Positions 1-13,658 of a DNA stretch of 64,000 nucleotides are shown here, piece by piece. Source of the DNA: Octopus sinensis (taxonomy: Eukaryota); NCBI RefSeq assembly GCF_006345805.1, contig NC_042997.1, positions 161,572,001-161,636,000 of the forward strand, read 5' to 3'. How positions within the stretch are numbered: position 1 is the first letter of the stretch; every line of letters begins with the position of its first letter. The notes under the pieces are model-generated. The model made no database searches. It was not told the origin of the DNA and saw only the letters and a list, made by a program, of their open reading frames with translations. A program made the position numbers and the translations under genes.

Positions 1-3000
1 GAAATGTAGAGTAGCATATTTTAAGATTGTACAATGGCTCAAGCAAAAAGTTGGTGGGCAGCATTCAGGAAGTCATATTTGTATGATTTTTTTTTTTTTC
101 AGTTCTAAACAAATTCAGTTCTTCACCAATAAAAATCCAGTTGGTAATATCATATAGCACAAATTCTTATATTCAAAGGATAAAATACTGGAATTTATTG
201 TTTACCAAACTTTTTTAAAATAGCAAATAAAATTAATAGAAAATAACAATAATGAACATTAACTGTATCTATTGTTACTTATCAAAAAGTAATTTAAATA
301 TTTAAATACATTTTGTAAACGAAATCATTCGCATGTAAATATTTTGAATAGAAATATGTGTTAAATATGCATCATTTTATTGTTGCATCATTAAAATCAC
401 TGGCTTTTTGTCTGTAAAATATCTAAAGTCCCAGACTTTTCCCTATAATCAAGCACCTAAATCTCTTCTGCTTAAGTGCTTATATAAAACTTAATTTTAA
501 ACCAAAATATCAATTCCATTAGAAAATTAAAATGCATGAGAATAATATAGTTCTGGAGTCACATGCAAGTTATACACTCTAATACTAATTTATAAAAATA
601 ATCATGCTCTGCTAAATATCTATAAAGCCAGGTTAACATTTATCTAGTACTCAAAAGGACATTTGTTTTCATATCTATCTGAAATTGCAACATTTAAATA
701 ATATATTAAACTTTAGTGTTAAGTAATTAATTTTAAAAAGGTAGTGTATGTATGTGTGTGTATATATATATATTCACACACATACATATATTGTGATTAC
801 AGAAGTATGGAATTTTGTTATTATTTACCTCTCTGGTTATTTAACCTAATTTAACTATTAATATGCATGATTATGATAACAAAATTCCACACTGTCTACC
901 ATGTTGATTTAATAAAAGTATGCTGATTTTTCAGTGTTTGATAATGCAATTCCCAAATGCAGTTTCATAAATAAATTACCAGCTTAGGCTTGCATCATCA
1001 AATAAGTTTAAAGCATATCACATCATTATACAACATGGTGAAGCTTTAATTTGTAATTAGAATTTTTTTTTGTCAGTAATATGCAGTTTACTTTTTGATA
1101 CTGCACCTAAAATAAAAATAGAAAAGGAGGAAATCAGAAATGCTACATATAAACAATATTCAAGGAGAAGTTTTTTAAGTCATCCTCAATAAAATAGTTA
1201 ATTTACATACAGTTATGTTTACCTGAAAGTAATTATAATTGAAATTTTAACTAAATATGTTGTAATGTATTACTTGTTTCTGTAAAACCTAATTAAAAAC
1301 ATTCTATATGATTGATAAAGCTCTTAAATTCATTCATTTCAGTGCTTACTTCAGAAAATGAATTAATAATTAATTATAAAGCGTACAAAATCGTTATGAT
1401 TATCTTGGAAATATTTGAAAGAATAAATTTTACAACTTCTCCTTGAAAAATTATCTACTAATTTGAAATGCTTACCAAAATGGATAAGTAAAGAAAAAAT
1501 CACAACATTTAAATTTTTGTTAACATGCACCAACATATGCATTACAAGCACCAATAGCATTAATATATGCAGATGTATTTAATAAGCGAAAAAAGCTTGC
1601 AAATTTCAGCAGCATAAAAAAATTTCAAAAATGAATACACTGATTGGTTGTCATGAATGGAAACTTCAATATTAGTCAGAGTTTTTAATGTTGCGCTGAA
1701 ATATTTTCATTAAACCTTTGCAATTTTTTTGTTAAATATTTCTTTTTTCTTCTAGGTAGAACCAATGCTTAATCTTCTTAACACCACACTAACACTTTTT
1801 TTATGCATTAATGGGTTATCAGACTAACAAAAGAAATTTGTTTATAATTTATGACAGCAGTTCATATCCTTTAAACATGATCACTCCAATTCTCTTTTAG
1901 GGCTGAAACATTATCATGCTACATCAAAGGAATCTTTTATTTAGGCTGTATGACCAGCTATTTCTTCAAAATGCTATCATCAAAAAGTAAGCCTAGTTTA
2001 AATATGATATATAAACTACAGATAAAACTGTATTTAGAAAATTTTTAATTATTGAAAATCCAGTCATTCCCATATGAATAATTTATTCTTGTTTTTTTTT
2101 ATAAAATTCTCTGGAACCCCCTCCTATGTTTTGTAAGATTGTACAAGATAAATAAGGTAACACTTAATATTTATATATATTATGAATTATACAATACAAT
2201 TAATCATAGCTTAAAAACATTTCTAAAAGTGTTGGACATTTAAAATGGGGCTGTTCTCTTTTAACATTGGTTTCTAATGTCACTACTCTGCTACACTTGG
2301 AGAAAGTTTATAACAAATATAGCATCCCCAATATTTGACTGGCACTTCCTATTATCAATTCTGGAAGGATGAAAGGCAAAATATGCTCAGGTAACATTAA
2401 CTTCATAATTGCTGTTTTAACACCACCTTCAAGTACCGGAGATATACTAACAAATTACCAAAATAGTGCTATTTTAAATATCAGCATAAAATAAATGATA
2501 ATATATGAATGTTTAGAAACCTTGAAGATATTTAAATATTATACTAAAGCAGATATAATGAACAATAAATAATAATTATCATGCAATATTACATATAAAG
2601 AAGCAAAGCAGTGAATAATGAGTATATACATATAAAACAATAGACATGTACATATATAATACTCATATGTTACAGCCAAGTAATTATTAAAATTATCAAA
2701 AGAAGCATATATATTCAATAACAAATTCTGAAAACTGAAATGAATTTTCAACAAAACAACTTGATTAATAGTGCATTAGCAAACATAAAAATGTAAATAA
2801 TAACAAAAAATAATCTTCCAAACAATGTACTCTTAAACAGCATGATTGCAAAATGTATTCTAAAAAAATATACTGTCCTTAAAAAGAATTTATTTAATTC
2901 ACTAATTGATGAAAAATCTTTTTTTGTTCATTACTATTTTACTTATTCAAGTAAGTATTACAAAGTTCTACATAATCGTTGCTTACTTTCCTAACTATTT

Positions 3001-4857
3001 GTTAACTTTGTTTCATAGTTTTCATTATTTTTCTTTCCGTCCCCATTTATATCAACTCACAATGTTTATTTATACCATTCATTGTACTTCCATTTCTTTG
3101 TTATTTACATTTTAACATCCTTTTAAATTTGATATCAATCCTTTGTATTAAGCTTTAAATGAAAAATTGAAGTATCATACTTTAAAGGATGATTAACTTT
3201 ATCATACTTCAGAGGATTTTAAACTTATATCAAAGTTTATTTATTGCTTTCTTACTTCATAAGGTAAAAGACTAGAAATTTTGATTAAACTAATAAAATA
3301 AATTCTATAATACTAATAATTTACAAACATAATTCAAATAACAATGTCAGTTTTGTAAGCAATTAATAAGGCACAAATGCAAGCATTAGATTTAACATTT
3401 TAAAACCAGGGTAAAATAAAAGAATCATTCATTTCTATTCTACTAAGGATAAATATTTATCAGTAAATTGCATGAAATACAATTTTATTCTCAACTCAGT
3501 TTTACACAAAACTTTGTCTTGTGTGCGTTCAAAAGTAACCACAACACATGTAACTACTGAACTACATAGTCTAATATTAATTTGATATTCTAATAAGGTA
3601 AGGAAAATGTTCTTTATTTTGGAAACAAAATTTTACCTAGTATTTTCTATATTCTATATAACTTCTACGATATACATGCTGTCAAATTATTCATAAAAGT
3701 GAAACCGAGCTGATATTAACTTCTACTTACCTGCTATTCATGGAGCTTATGAAACTTAGCAAACAGCCACAAACATACCGATTATCAACTAATATTTTGC
3801 TATTTCATATTACACATGCTCATAGAAAATTCACTGAAATCTTAAAATTACAAAATTGGAGTTGAAGAACTCCCATATGTTTTCTTGAAACATATAAATG
3901 TTGCGATTATTTAGTCAAATATTTGCATAGTTAAACATTTCATAACCAAATAACTTAAACTAAAAATATAAAGAATAGTAGAATACATGTAAAGACTAGT
4001 ATAATACATGTAAAACTCACATGTAATAAAAATTGATATACTCTATTTAATCAACAGGTAATAATTTAAATTTAACGCTATATAATTTCAAATATATGAA
4101 CACACATGTGTGTGCATGCACACACATACACACAAATATGTACTGCTGTTTTATCTAGGTCCACAAAGATGCAGCCATCAATTTTCAATAAACTAAAGTA
4201 GCAATTGTAGATCTAGCATTCCAATAGTTTTATACCATGTATGTGCATGCACGTGCACAGGTGTATGCATACATGTGTGTGTTTGTGTGCATGTTTGTGT
4301 AACCTGTATATTATAGATCTCTAAGTAAACATGAAACAGTCATGATAATCTGACTACAATCTCAATTCCATATGCACAAGCCTACTGATAATATTAAATA
4401 TCTACTTTAATAATTTGTTAACCTATATATGGATTTAATGCACTAGTTGTAGCATAATATACTTTCTCTTTGCTTTCTTCATAAGTTTGTATTAAAAATG
4501 ATTTTACAGGTCAAATCACAAATATATCATATATATATATAATATATTAGCTATATAATGCATGTATATATATTAAAAAAAAAACATACATATGTAATAC
4601 AAATACATGAATACACACTTCAAATGTTCAATCCAAGCAGAAAAGATAGTTTTGGCAAAATATGGCAAAAGTCCTTCAATCCCAAACAGTAAAGCCAATA
4701 TAGGTGTGTGGTGTATTTTTATGATCAAGCTTATAATATATCAAACTCAGTTGTTCATTATCATGCAAAGTCAAAAGTATTTAATTTGGATGGGTGATTG
4801 GTGTATATTAGTAGTCTTCAATAATATATCTCACGAACTCAAGCACTAGTATCTCAC

Positions 4858-5160
4858 CTTTTGTCTGGTAATATAGAACTGGTGATGAAGGTATTGTATG
4901 ACCTAGTGGATGTTCTCCACGGACGCGAAACATATAGTCTTTCGATTTAGAAAGACCTGTTACTTTGTATTTTGTGTCAGTTACACCACTTGCAACTGTT
5001 GACCAGTCATATTTAGGTGGCTCCTGTTTTTCAATCATAAATGTCAGTTGTCTGTCTCCTCCCACAATAGCAGGTATTTCAACACGAGCCCATCTTAAAG
5101 CAAGTGAGTCATGGTCAACATCTGTTATCTCTGGCCGCTGAGCTGGAGCACGTGGTATAA
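4858..5160 (-). CDS. Exon: FN3 #12
   Basis: PRAPAQRPEITDVDHDSLALRW...FMIEKQEPPKYDW...GLSKSKDYMFRVRGE; 303 nt; ends in a |gtgaga donor, so the gene continues. Confidence 0.93.
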
Positions 5161-6054
5161 CTGTAAAAAATAGTGATAATGGAAGTATGTAGATAACATA
5201 AATATTTTACAAATTAACACATTCAAAAAATTTATTATAATTTTTGTCTTCAGAAATCATGTAATCAACAATTTGAGAAAATAATGAATGTATAATTATT
5301 TTTTTTATTTGCATTGGAGAACTCTAATGATTTTCACAAATGTGAAGATATATATAATGATGTGTGTGCATGTGTGTTTCCAGATGATGAAACTCAGAGA
5401 AAAATTAGTAATATACATGCAATGTTAAATACTTAATTTTAACTGGATTTTAACTTTCACCTGATGTTTTTCATTAACAAATTTCCCAGCCCAACTTCAG
5501 AAGACAAAATTAAAGGGAAACAACTATCCTACCCTGCTATCAGGAGGAAAACAAAGGAAAAGAAAACTAGATACTAAGTAGATGATACAACACTAAATCA
5601 ATATACAACTATACATGTAAAAAATACAATTTGAATTTTAAAACATATCTGCTAAATTAAAAATAGTTAAAAGGCTATCAAGATTTTGCTTAAATTTTTT
5701 TTTATCTATTAGCAGTATCCATAGAAATTCTACTCCTTAAAATTCTCCCCACTTGGGAATATATCATGTCATTTCCGGCATAATCCATTGATTACTTTCT
5801 GGGTTTTTTTGCCTATAGTAGAAAGAGTTATTATGTGTGTGAGTGTGTGTATGTGCTAGTAGCATTTATTTGAATCTCACTTGTTTTATCACTGACATAC
5901 ATTTACCATTCAGTTTCTAAAGTATAACATTTTATACCACAGGATTCAATAATTAGCACTTAAATATAAGATATTTAAATAACATATGCCAAAACTAGTT
6001 ATAATATCTAAATATAAAAATGTTATATTTAAAGTATAACAAATAAGTTCAAAC

Positions 6055-6357
6055 CTGCAGATCTATAAAGAGCTACTGGATGTGAAGCCTCTAGACTTTC
6101 TCCAGACATTGTTTCAGGCCTGATTCGAAAATGATAATCACAGTTAGGTTTCAAGCCTGTGATTCTGTAGAAATTTTCAGTGACTCTTGTTGCATAACTT
6201 CTCCATTGATGACTTGGATATTCCCGAATTTCAATTGTATATCGCAACTGAATATTTGTATTATAAGATGAAATATAAAGCCGGCGCCATGATATCCAGA
6301 CAGCTTGTGGTTCAATACCATACAATTGAGGTTTTTCAATGGGGCATTGTGGAACAA
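6055..6357 (-). CDS. Exon: FN3 #11
   Basis: AVWISW...YTIEIREYPSHQW...GLKPNCDYHFRIRPE; 303 nt. Confidence 0.92.
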
Positions 6358-6537
6358 CTAAAACATAAAATGTAAAAGACATGTTACTTAAGCAAATAAT
6401 ATTACAACTTGATTAAAATTTTGTTATTTTTTTTTAAATCAGATAAAAATTATGCTCTGAATATTTTTGTCAGGAATGATATACTTAGAATCTTTTTCTC
6501 TTCTTTGAATAAAGAAATGATAGGAGGGTAATAACTG

Positions 6538-6993
6538 GTATAGTTATCATAATTAGAACTACTTAAATAATGTCATAATGAAGTAGTTAATTGTTAAACA
6601 GGTGCTTACAAAAATAAATTCATGATTTAGGCAAAGTTAAATATTTCCAGAAACACTAACATAAAAATATAAAAGAAAATGTTTAAAACTCCAATGCATA
6701 TATCTGTATATGTGTATACATAAATATATGTATGTGTGTGTGTGTGTGTGTATGTGTGTGTGTGTGTGCGTGTGCGTGCGTGCGTGTGTGTGTATGTATG
6801 TGTGTGTGTATGTATACACATATATAGATATATGTATTGGAGTTTTAAACCTTTTCTTTTGTATTTTTATGTTTGTGTATCTGGAAATATTTAACTTTGC
6901 CTAATTCATGAATTGATTTTTGTAAGCAGCTGTTTAACAATTAACTATTTCATTGTGACATTATTTAAGTAGTTCTAATTATGATAACTATAC
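6538..6993. repeat. Long inverted repeat, arms about 185 bp, with a (TG)n loop
   Basis: 6538 to about 6722 is the reverse complement of about 6809 to 6993, with about 11 mismatches and no indels seen. Confidence 0.95.
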
Positions 6994-7091
6994 TAAATAT
7001 GCTAAAATATTTGTTGCACCATTCTAAGTCAAGGCTCTAATCACTCGATCATCACTCTGTCTCCATTATTAGAATCTTGTGAGATACTTAC

Positions 7092-7385
7092 CTCTACTTC
7101 GACTGTATGACACAGGAATTGATGGTTCAATAGCAGAACTAGAACCTGTCTCAGCTCGAACTCGAAATAAGTAGTTACGTTTCGGTTTTAAGTCTGTTAA
7201 TTTGTAAGTAGTACTCCTCACACCGCCAACCACACGCTTCCATTCTCTTGAAGGAAGTTCTTGTGATTCAATAGCATATGTGTAATCTTTTCCAACAGAA
7301 GGTGCTCTTGTTGGTCTCCAAGACAGCTGAAAGCCTTTAGATTGGATATCAACTATCTCAGGGGTTTCAATAGGTCGTTTGTATT
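7092..7385 (-). CDS. Exon: FN3 #10
   Basis: GFQLSW...YAIESQELPSREW...DLKPKRNYLFRVRAE; 294 nt. Confidence 0.93.
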
Positions 7386-7940
7386 CTGAAACAAATTCAA
7401 TGTTATAATAATATAACTTGTGTAGCAAATGAACTGAACTTTAGTTTAAATCAGAATAATAGAATTAATTTATACTTGATGAACACAATGAAGTAAATTA
7501 ATGTTTCTTTTTCATATATTTTGTAAAAAGTGTAACAAAGAGCTCCATTCCCATATAATGTTGAAAATGATTTTAAAAGGCTTAGTTTAATCGTATTTAA
7601 GAGAAGCAGAAATTTCACAGGTCCTGTTCAAATTAGTTTATGTAAAAACCTTTACATGCTATTTGGTTGTTTATTAAAAAACATGAAAGTTCATACCAAC
7701 TACAGGCACTTAGAGATATGCTCTGATGAAAACATTCCTATTTATAATCAATTCTTAATAAAAACCTAAATGTAATTTTAAGAAAATTTTCATTTGCAGA
7801 AGTAGTGGGTTGATTTTCCCAGTTTAGTTAGTATTTTCCAATTTAACAAATAACAATATTGTTTAACACAAGTTGTGTGATTTCCATTATATTTAATTTA
7901 TGGAAGCACTTTAAAAATACAAAGGATGTGTTTTCCTTAC

Positions 7941-8243
7941 GGGAGATGGCAGGAACCCTTATTGCCATCGATGGTTCACTGACAGCAAATGACGTCTCAG
8001 CTTGAATTCGAAAGGTGTAATCTTTGTCAGTGCGTAATCCTGTTAAGTAGTATGACGTGTGTGGGATTTTAGTAACAAGTGGCCTCCATTTGGATGATGG
8101 AGAATCTTGAACATAAATACTATAAGTTATGGATATCTTGTCTCTTAAATATGATGGCAGGACTGCAACACGCCATGATAGACGAAGGGATCCAGGCTGA
8201 ACATCAGATATGACTGGTTCTTCATGAGGCATACAAGGTGGAA
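7941..8243 (-). CDS. Exon: FN3 #9
   Basis: PGSLRLSW...ITYSIYVQDSPSSKW...GLRTDKDYTFRIQAE...SEP; 303 nt. Confidence 0.93.
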
Positions 8244-8554
8244 CTAAAATAGAAGATCAATATAGCATTATTATAATTCATATATATATATATATATATA
8301 TATATAAACAGGAATAGGCATTCAAAGAATCAATCAGAGGAGCTCACAGTAAGCTGGTGTGCAGCTCTCAAGAAAACAGTGGCTGTGGCTAAGGTCTAAC
8401 TTCACTGACATTCTCATAAACCAAGAATCACAATGGTGAAGAGTATATAGCAATTAACAAGATAAGAAAAATGAGAGGAGAGATTCTATTTGTTGATAGC
8501 AATTAACAAACAGCTCTTCTCTCTCTGCTCTTATTTTGTTAATCATATATATAT

Positions 8555-9236
8555 CTACCCCTTGCAGATTTGACTGAAGAAAATCAGATGCCTTTGGCGC
8601 TAAATTTTAAATCATGATATCAAATTAACTGCCATTCCTCCTGCATACTTGGCAGATGTAAGATGCTACTCTTGTCCACTAAAATTTTTCTTATCACACC
8701 TGTATTAATTTAGTGATTTTTCTGTGGCTTAGAAGTATTTTGACTTCAATTTTTAGTGAAGCATGTGCTTATGTAGTACACTAGGAAATATAAATATATT
8801 TATATATCTTATATATCATTAATTTTGCCAAAACAGCTTCTATGGTCACTAATGTTATTATCTTTAGGAATAATATCGTTCATTTATATTTATAAATAAT
8901 TTCATATGGTTCATTTGTTTCAATGGTGTTCAGCCACTCAAACGAATTTACAGGCATGGTATTAGTGAATTCTAGTAGCTATCCCTTGCAGATCTGACTG
9001 AAGAGAATCAGGTGCCTTTGGTGCTAAATTCGAAATCATGATATCAAATTAACTGACATTCCTCCTGCATCCTTGGCAGAGGTAAGACGCTACTCTTGTT
9101 CACTAAAATTTTTCCTAACATACCTGTATTAATTTAGTGGCTTTTCTGTGGCTTAGAAGTATTTTGACTTCTATTTTTAGCAAAGCAGGTGCTTATGTAG
9201 TACCCTAGTGTATATAAATATATTTATGTCTTATAT
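8555..9236. repeat. Direct duplication of about 260 bp (8555-8815 and 8979-9236)
   Basis: CCCTTGCAGAT(T/C)TGACTGAAGA(A/G)AATCAG... through ...TCTTATATA present twice, roughly 85-90% identical by eye. Confidence 0.92.
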
Positions 9237-9429
9237 AGTATATATATATGGCAAATGTTTTTACTTTTCATTCCCTTCAAGATTTTATCCCTAATAGTGG
9301 TTTGGACTTTAGCTGTTCCTTCTAGCGTGAAAGGAATCCTGTGATGGATACCTCTTATGTGTTTAAATGTACACTGTATATATATATATATATATATGCA
9401 TACATACACACAAGTAAATTAAAATATTC

Positions 9430-10508
9430 ATATAAGTATTTCATGGATCTTATTGTCATGTATTATTAATATCAAAACAAGGTATTAGAAAAAAAATGTT
9501 TCTTTGACTCTATAGTTGTAAATATGAATTATTTTCATAATTTAAAATTTTACATCTATAATGAATTTCTATTTATATTAACTTTATCCAAACAGATTAA
9601 GAGATTCTCAAATTTCTTTTGATGTGACCCTATAAGAACAACTGTTGAGATAGAATGTTTCATTATTAAAAAAAGGAATAAAAATAATGCTAGATTATTA
9701 TTATAATAAGATCTTTTAAAAATTTTAATATTTCATGCAGTATAAATTTTAGATTAGAAAATAAAATAAAAACTATGTTATATGACCAGATTGTCTCAAT
9801 TTTGGAATTTTAATAAATTAAAATAAATCAGTATTTGATATCATACCTGCTCTTTTTCTAAGGATTAATGCACCAGTTGGTTCACTGATACCAAATTCAT
9901 TTTCAGCTCTAATACGGATAGCATATTCTTTATTTGGATGTAGATTATCCAACTTGAAAGCTGTTGTTGGTATACCTTTAGCAACAGTAACCCAGTGGCC
10001 AAAAGGTATTTCTTGTAACTCAATCCTGTAGGAAACTGGTGAATAATCAACAATTCTAGAGGGTATTTCAGCTGATCTCCAAGCTAAAGACACTGAATCA
10101 GAGGTTATATCAACAACATAGGGTATGTCTTTAGTCATCCGTGGAGGTCCTGTAAAACATGGAAGATATTAAAGAATCTTTATATGTCTCATTGCATCTT
10201 GGAAGATATTTGTAACTGTTACTATAAATAGATACATTTGTGTGTGTGTGAGAGAGAGAGATAAACATTTGATATCAATTTACAAGTTTAGGACAATATA
10301 ATCCTATTAACAAAATTCCCAAATTTAATGTTAAATAGGCATATATATTTTCCTTTCTGATGATGTCATATGAGCTACATATTGTTTACAAAAATACTTA
10401 ATTCGTTTTTGTCATATAAAGTTGCATCCATATTTTTCCAACTAATTTGCAATATAAGTATTTCATGGATCTTATTGTCATGTATTATTAATATCAAAAC
10501 AAGGTATT
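9430..10508. repeat. Exact 57-bp direct repeat (9430-9486 and 10452-10508)
   Basis: ATATAAGTATTTCATGGATCTTATTGTCATGTATTATTAATATCAAAACAAGGTATT occurs twice. Confidence 0.95.
9847..10149 (-). CDS. Exon: FN3 #8
   Basis: DSVSLAW...SYRIELQEIPFGHW...NLHPNKEYAIRIRAENEFGISEP; 303 nt. Confidence 0.93.
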
Positions 10509-11141
10509 TCTAGAAGAATGCACTGCATGAGCAAAACAGTTGTTGTAGATTATTTATAAAGGGTCAGTAGCTGTTCAAAGTTAAAATAGGCTGGCTTTTG
10601 AAAGGCAAACTCAGTTCTAGTAATGTGTGGTTTCCATAAAAAATTTAATTTTTTTACTGTTCATTTTTAAGATATTTCTTAATTATAATTTGTTCTTCAG
10701 TGAAAAAGTAGAAGCTTTGCTGTTGCAAAAGTAGTTCCTAAGTTCCTACTTCATATCCTCATTCAAGGTAAAGATGTACATTCAACAGGAATTGTTGAGG
10801 TTGCATGCAGTTTCAGTCAATGTGAGAGAAAGGAGAAAAGGGTGTGTATGTGAATGTTTGAGCATATGTGAGTGTGTGTGTGTGTGTGTGTGTTTAAGAG
10901 TGTGAGTGTGTGTTTGTGTAGTTGTAGACAGTAAAGTCATATAGAAAACATAATTATCATGTGGACTAATAAAAAAGTGGTATGCAAGAAAGCATAATCC
11001 ATGAAATTTAATTAAGTGTGCAATTAATAATGCTAAAATTGATAGTGGTGAGAAATAACAGCAGAAACGGAATAGAAATATGTGATTATTTCATTAAATT
11101 TCAATAACCTGTAACAATTAGTGAAATTAGTTTGAACCTAC

Positions 11142-11444
11142 CTGCACGTCTAGCCAAATACACAGGAAGTGTTGGCTCACTCAGATCTGATCCTATGTAA
11201 GCTCTAATGCGGAACAAATAGTCTCGATCTGGTAAAAGATTTGATACCTGGTAACTTAGAGTACTTATATCCCGAGCCAGAGGGTGCCATAATTCAGAAG
11301 GAGGTTCTTGAATTTCAATGAGGTACAGTAATTGACTGAGGCTCTTTGAATAACCACGGGGTAATCTGCCCTCTTTCCAGGACAGTTTTATAGATGTTGG
11401 GTGAATGTCAGACATATGTGGTTCATACAATGCCATTTGAGGAA
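11142..11444 (-). CDS. Exon: FN3 #7
   Basis: PTSIKLSW...YLIEIQEPPSELW...NLLPDRDYLFRIRAY...SEP; 303 nt. Confidence 0.93.
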
Positions 11445-13355
11445 CTGAAAACAGAAAATATATTACATCCTAGAGAATCTTCATTAAGTTGACTTTAAAC
11501 AGTTACCTTATTTATCAGATTTAATAATACTGCATTTTTATCTTTATTTACAGTTAATTTCGATGAAGCTGTTTCTTAGTGAGAAGAATGATTTGCAATG
11601 TATTAATTTAGCACTAACTGTTAGTAGCCTTTGGTTACTTGGGCAACAAGCTTTCCAAAGTTTATATAATTAGTTTTTCACCTACTTATTCTTATCATAT
11701 AACTCTTTTCCAATATAATGAATGAAACACATTTGAAATTGTTTGATCAGAATGTATTATAAACAATCAATGACTAATGTTTGTAAGCATTAAATTTTAC
11801 ATTATATTACAATATAATTTGATCCACAAAAATTCATTCATTTTTTGTTTTTACTTGTCAAAAAATGTAATTAATTCAGTACTTATATTCTTCAATAAAA
11901 ACATTCTTTTAGTCTACATACTATTTAAAGGCAACATTCAATTCTGCACTTACAAAATTAAGAACTTCAAAAACAAAAGTTTGATATTTCTAATGAAATC
12001 ATTATTCTGCTTTATACAGGAAAATTCAATGAATTTTGAGAAAATTACAAATTATGGACATAGAATATTACTTTCATTGTTTCTTAGTTAATAGTATTAA
12101 TATCTACTGCAACAAACTTGTTTGTAACATGTTGAATAATTTCCAGCATAAACTATATTAACTAACATATTAAAAAACATGGGAAGATCAATGTTTGAAC
12201 ATATGACAAGTGAATAAATGGATAGGAAAAAATACAAAGTGTCTTAAAAGTAAAAAGATACAAGGTTAACTATGAAAAACGACTAGAAGTTGAATTTTTA
12301 ACAAAGTGATAAGTAGAATTTAATAAAAAAAAATCTCTCTAGTTTATAGTTGTAGATATTTAATCTCTCTAGTTTATATTTGTAGCATCAAAACTTATTT
12401 TAACCATACAGGAAAAGTGATAATATATATTATTTATACAAACTTAACTTATTTAAAATTATTATATCAAATTGAAAACAACATTAATATAATATCTATA
12501 AATAGTGTAAACTTCCCAAAATATTACTTCCCTAATATTTCCAGAGATATAAGTCATTAGTTACTATATGCAGCTATGATTAACAAATGATTCAAATAAA
12601 ACAAATTATACTCATAACAATGAGTTTAAACACTTTTACAAATATTGTAGATGAACTATGCAAAATTACTCTACTAACTTTAGTGTCTGGACATCATTAG
12701 ATCCCAAATGGACTCTAATGAAGTAAAAGTCTGTTTGAGAGAAAATGATTGCTCCAGAACACTAATGTCAAGAGGCATGATAAAAAACAATATGACATGT
12801 AAATGAATTAGCATTTTAAAAACCTATGATAAAAATATAAGCAGTTTAAGCATTTAGAAATTTTGCACTAACTTAAGAACTTACAAAGATCAAAGGTGAC
12901 ACTTTATTTTTATAATATTTATAAAACATAATTTGCAATAGAAATGTTTATGATGGAGATACATAAGTAATTTTCATTTCCAAAATATTTTGAAGAATAT
13001 CGGCTAAATTTGTAAGCCATATTCTGCTACATAATTAAGAATTAAAGTATTTTGAATCAATTTTTTATATACAGTAGCTAAAAATATAAGAATATGACTA
13101 AGTGAAAATAGGAGTAAATACTTGACTAAAAGCTGTATCTCTGCTGAAAGCTTTTAGTGCAATTTTCATAAAATTAGTCTTCAAATAGTTTTGATAGAAT
13201 GTGTTTAAAAACTTTAATTTTCATATCTTAATTATTATAAGTTTATCTTTTCTGTATGAAAAGATAAGCTTATAATAATTGTATATACTTCAGAAAATCC
13301 TAACTATACGCTGAGTTGTAATGTTAACTGAAAATCATATTTAAAATTGTCTTAC

Positions 13356-13658
13356 CAGGTCTTCTTTGTAAAAGGACAGGGAATGTAGGTTCACTGATAC
13401 CACTGTCAGTTTGAGCTTGAATCCTGAATCGATAATCTCGGTCAGGCTTTAAGCCAATCACTCTATAGTTGAGCTGAGTTATTCTATTTGCCACTGGCAT
13501 CCATTCCATACTTGGATATTCTTGCATAAATATGCTATATGTAATTGGAGAACGGAGGTGTTGATAGGCTGGAACCTCAGCTTGCTTCCAAGATAGGTTA
13601 ACAGAATCATTCCCAAATGGTGAAAGGATAACATCTGTTCGGGAAAGTTTTGGTGGCA
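13356..13658 (-). CDS. Exon: FN3 #6
   Basis: DSVNLSW...ITYSIFMQEYPSMEW...GLKPDRDYRFRIQAQ...SEP; 303 nt. Confidence 0.93.

Noticed and set aside
1213-1235. AG|GT juxtaposition (tttcag|gtaaac on the minus strand; a similar one near 35020) as a recursive splice site
   Set aside because: Such short motifs are expected by chance in AT-rich introns, and nothing else supports them.
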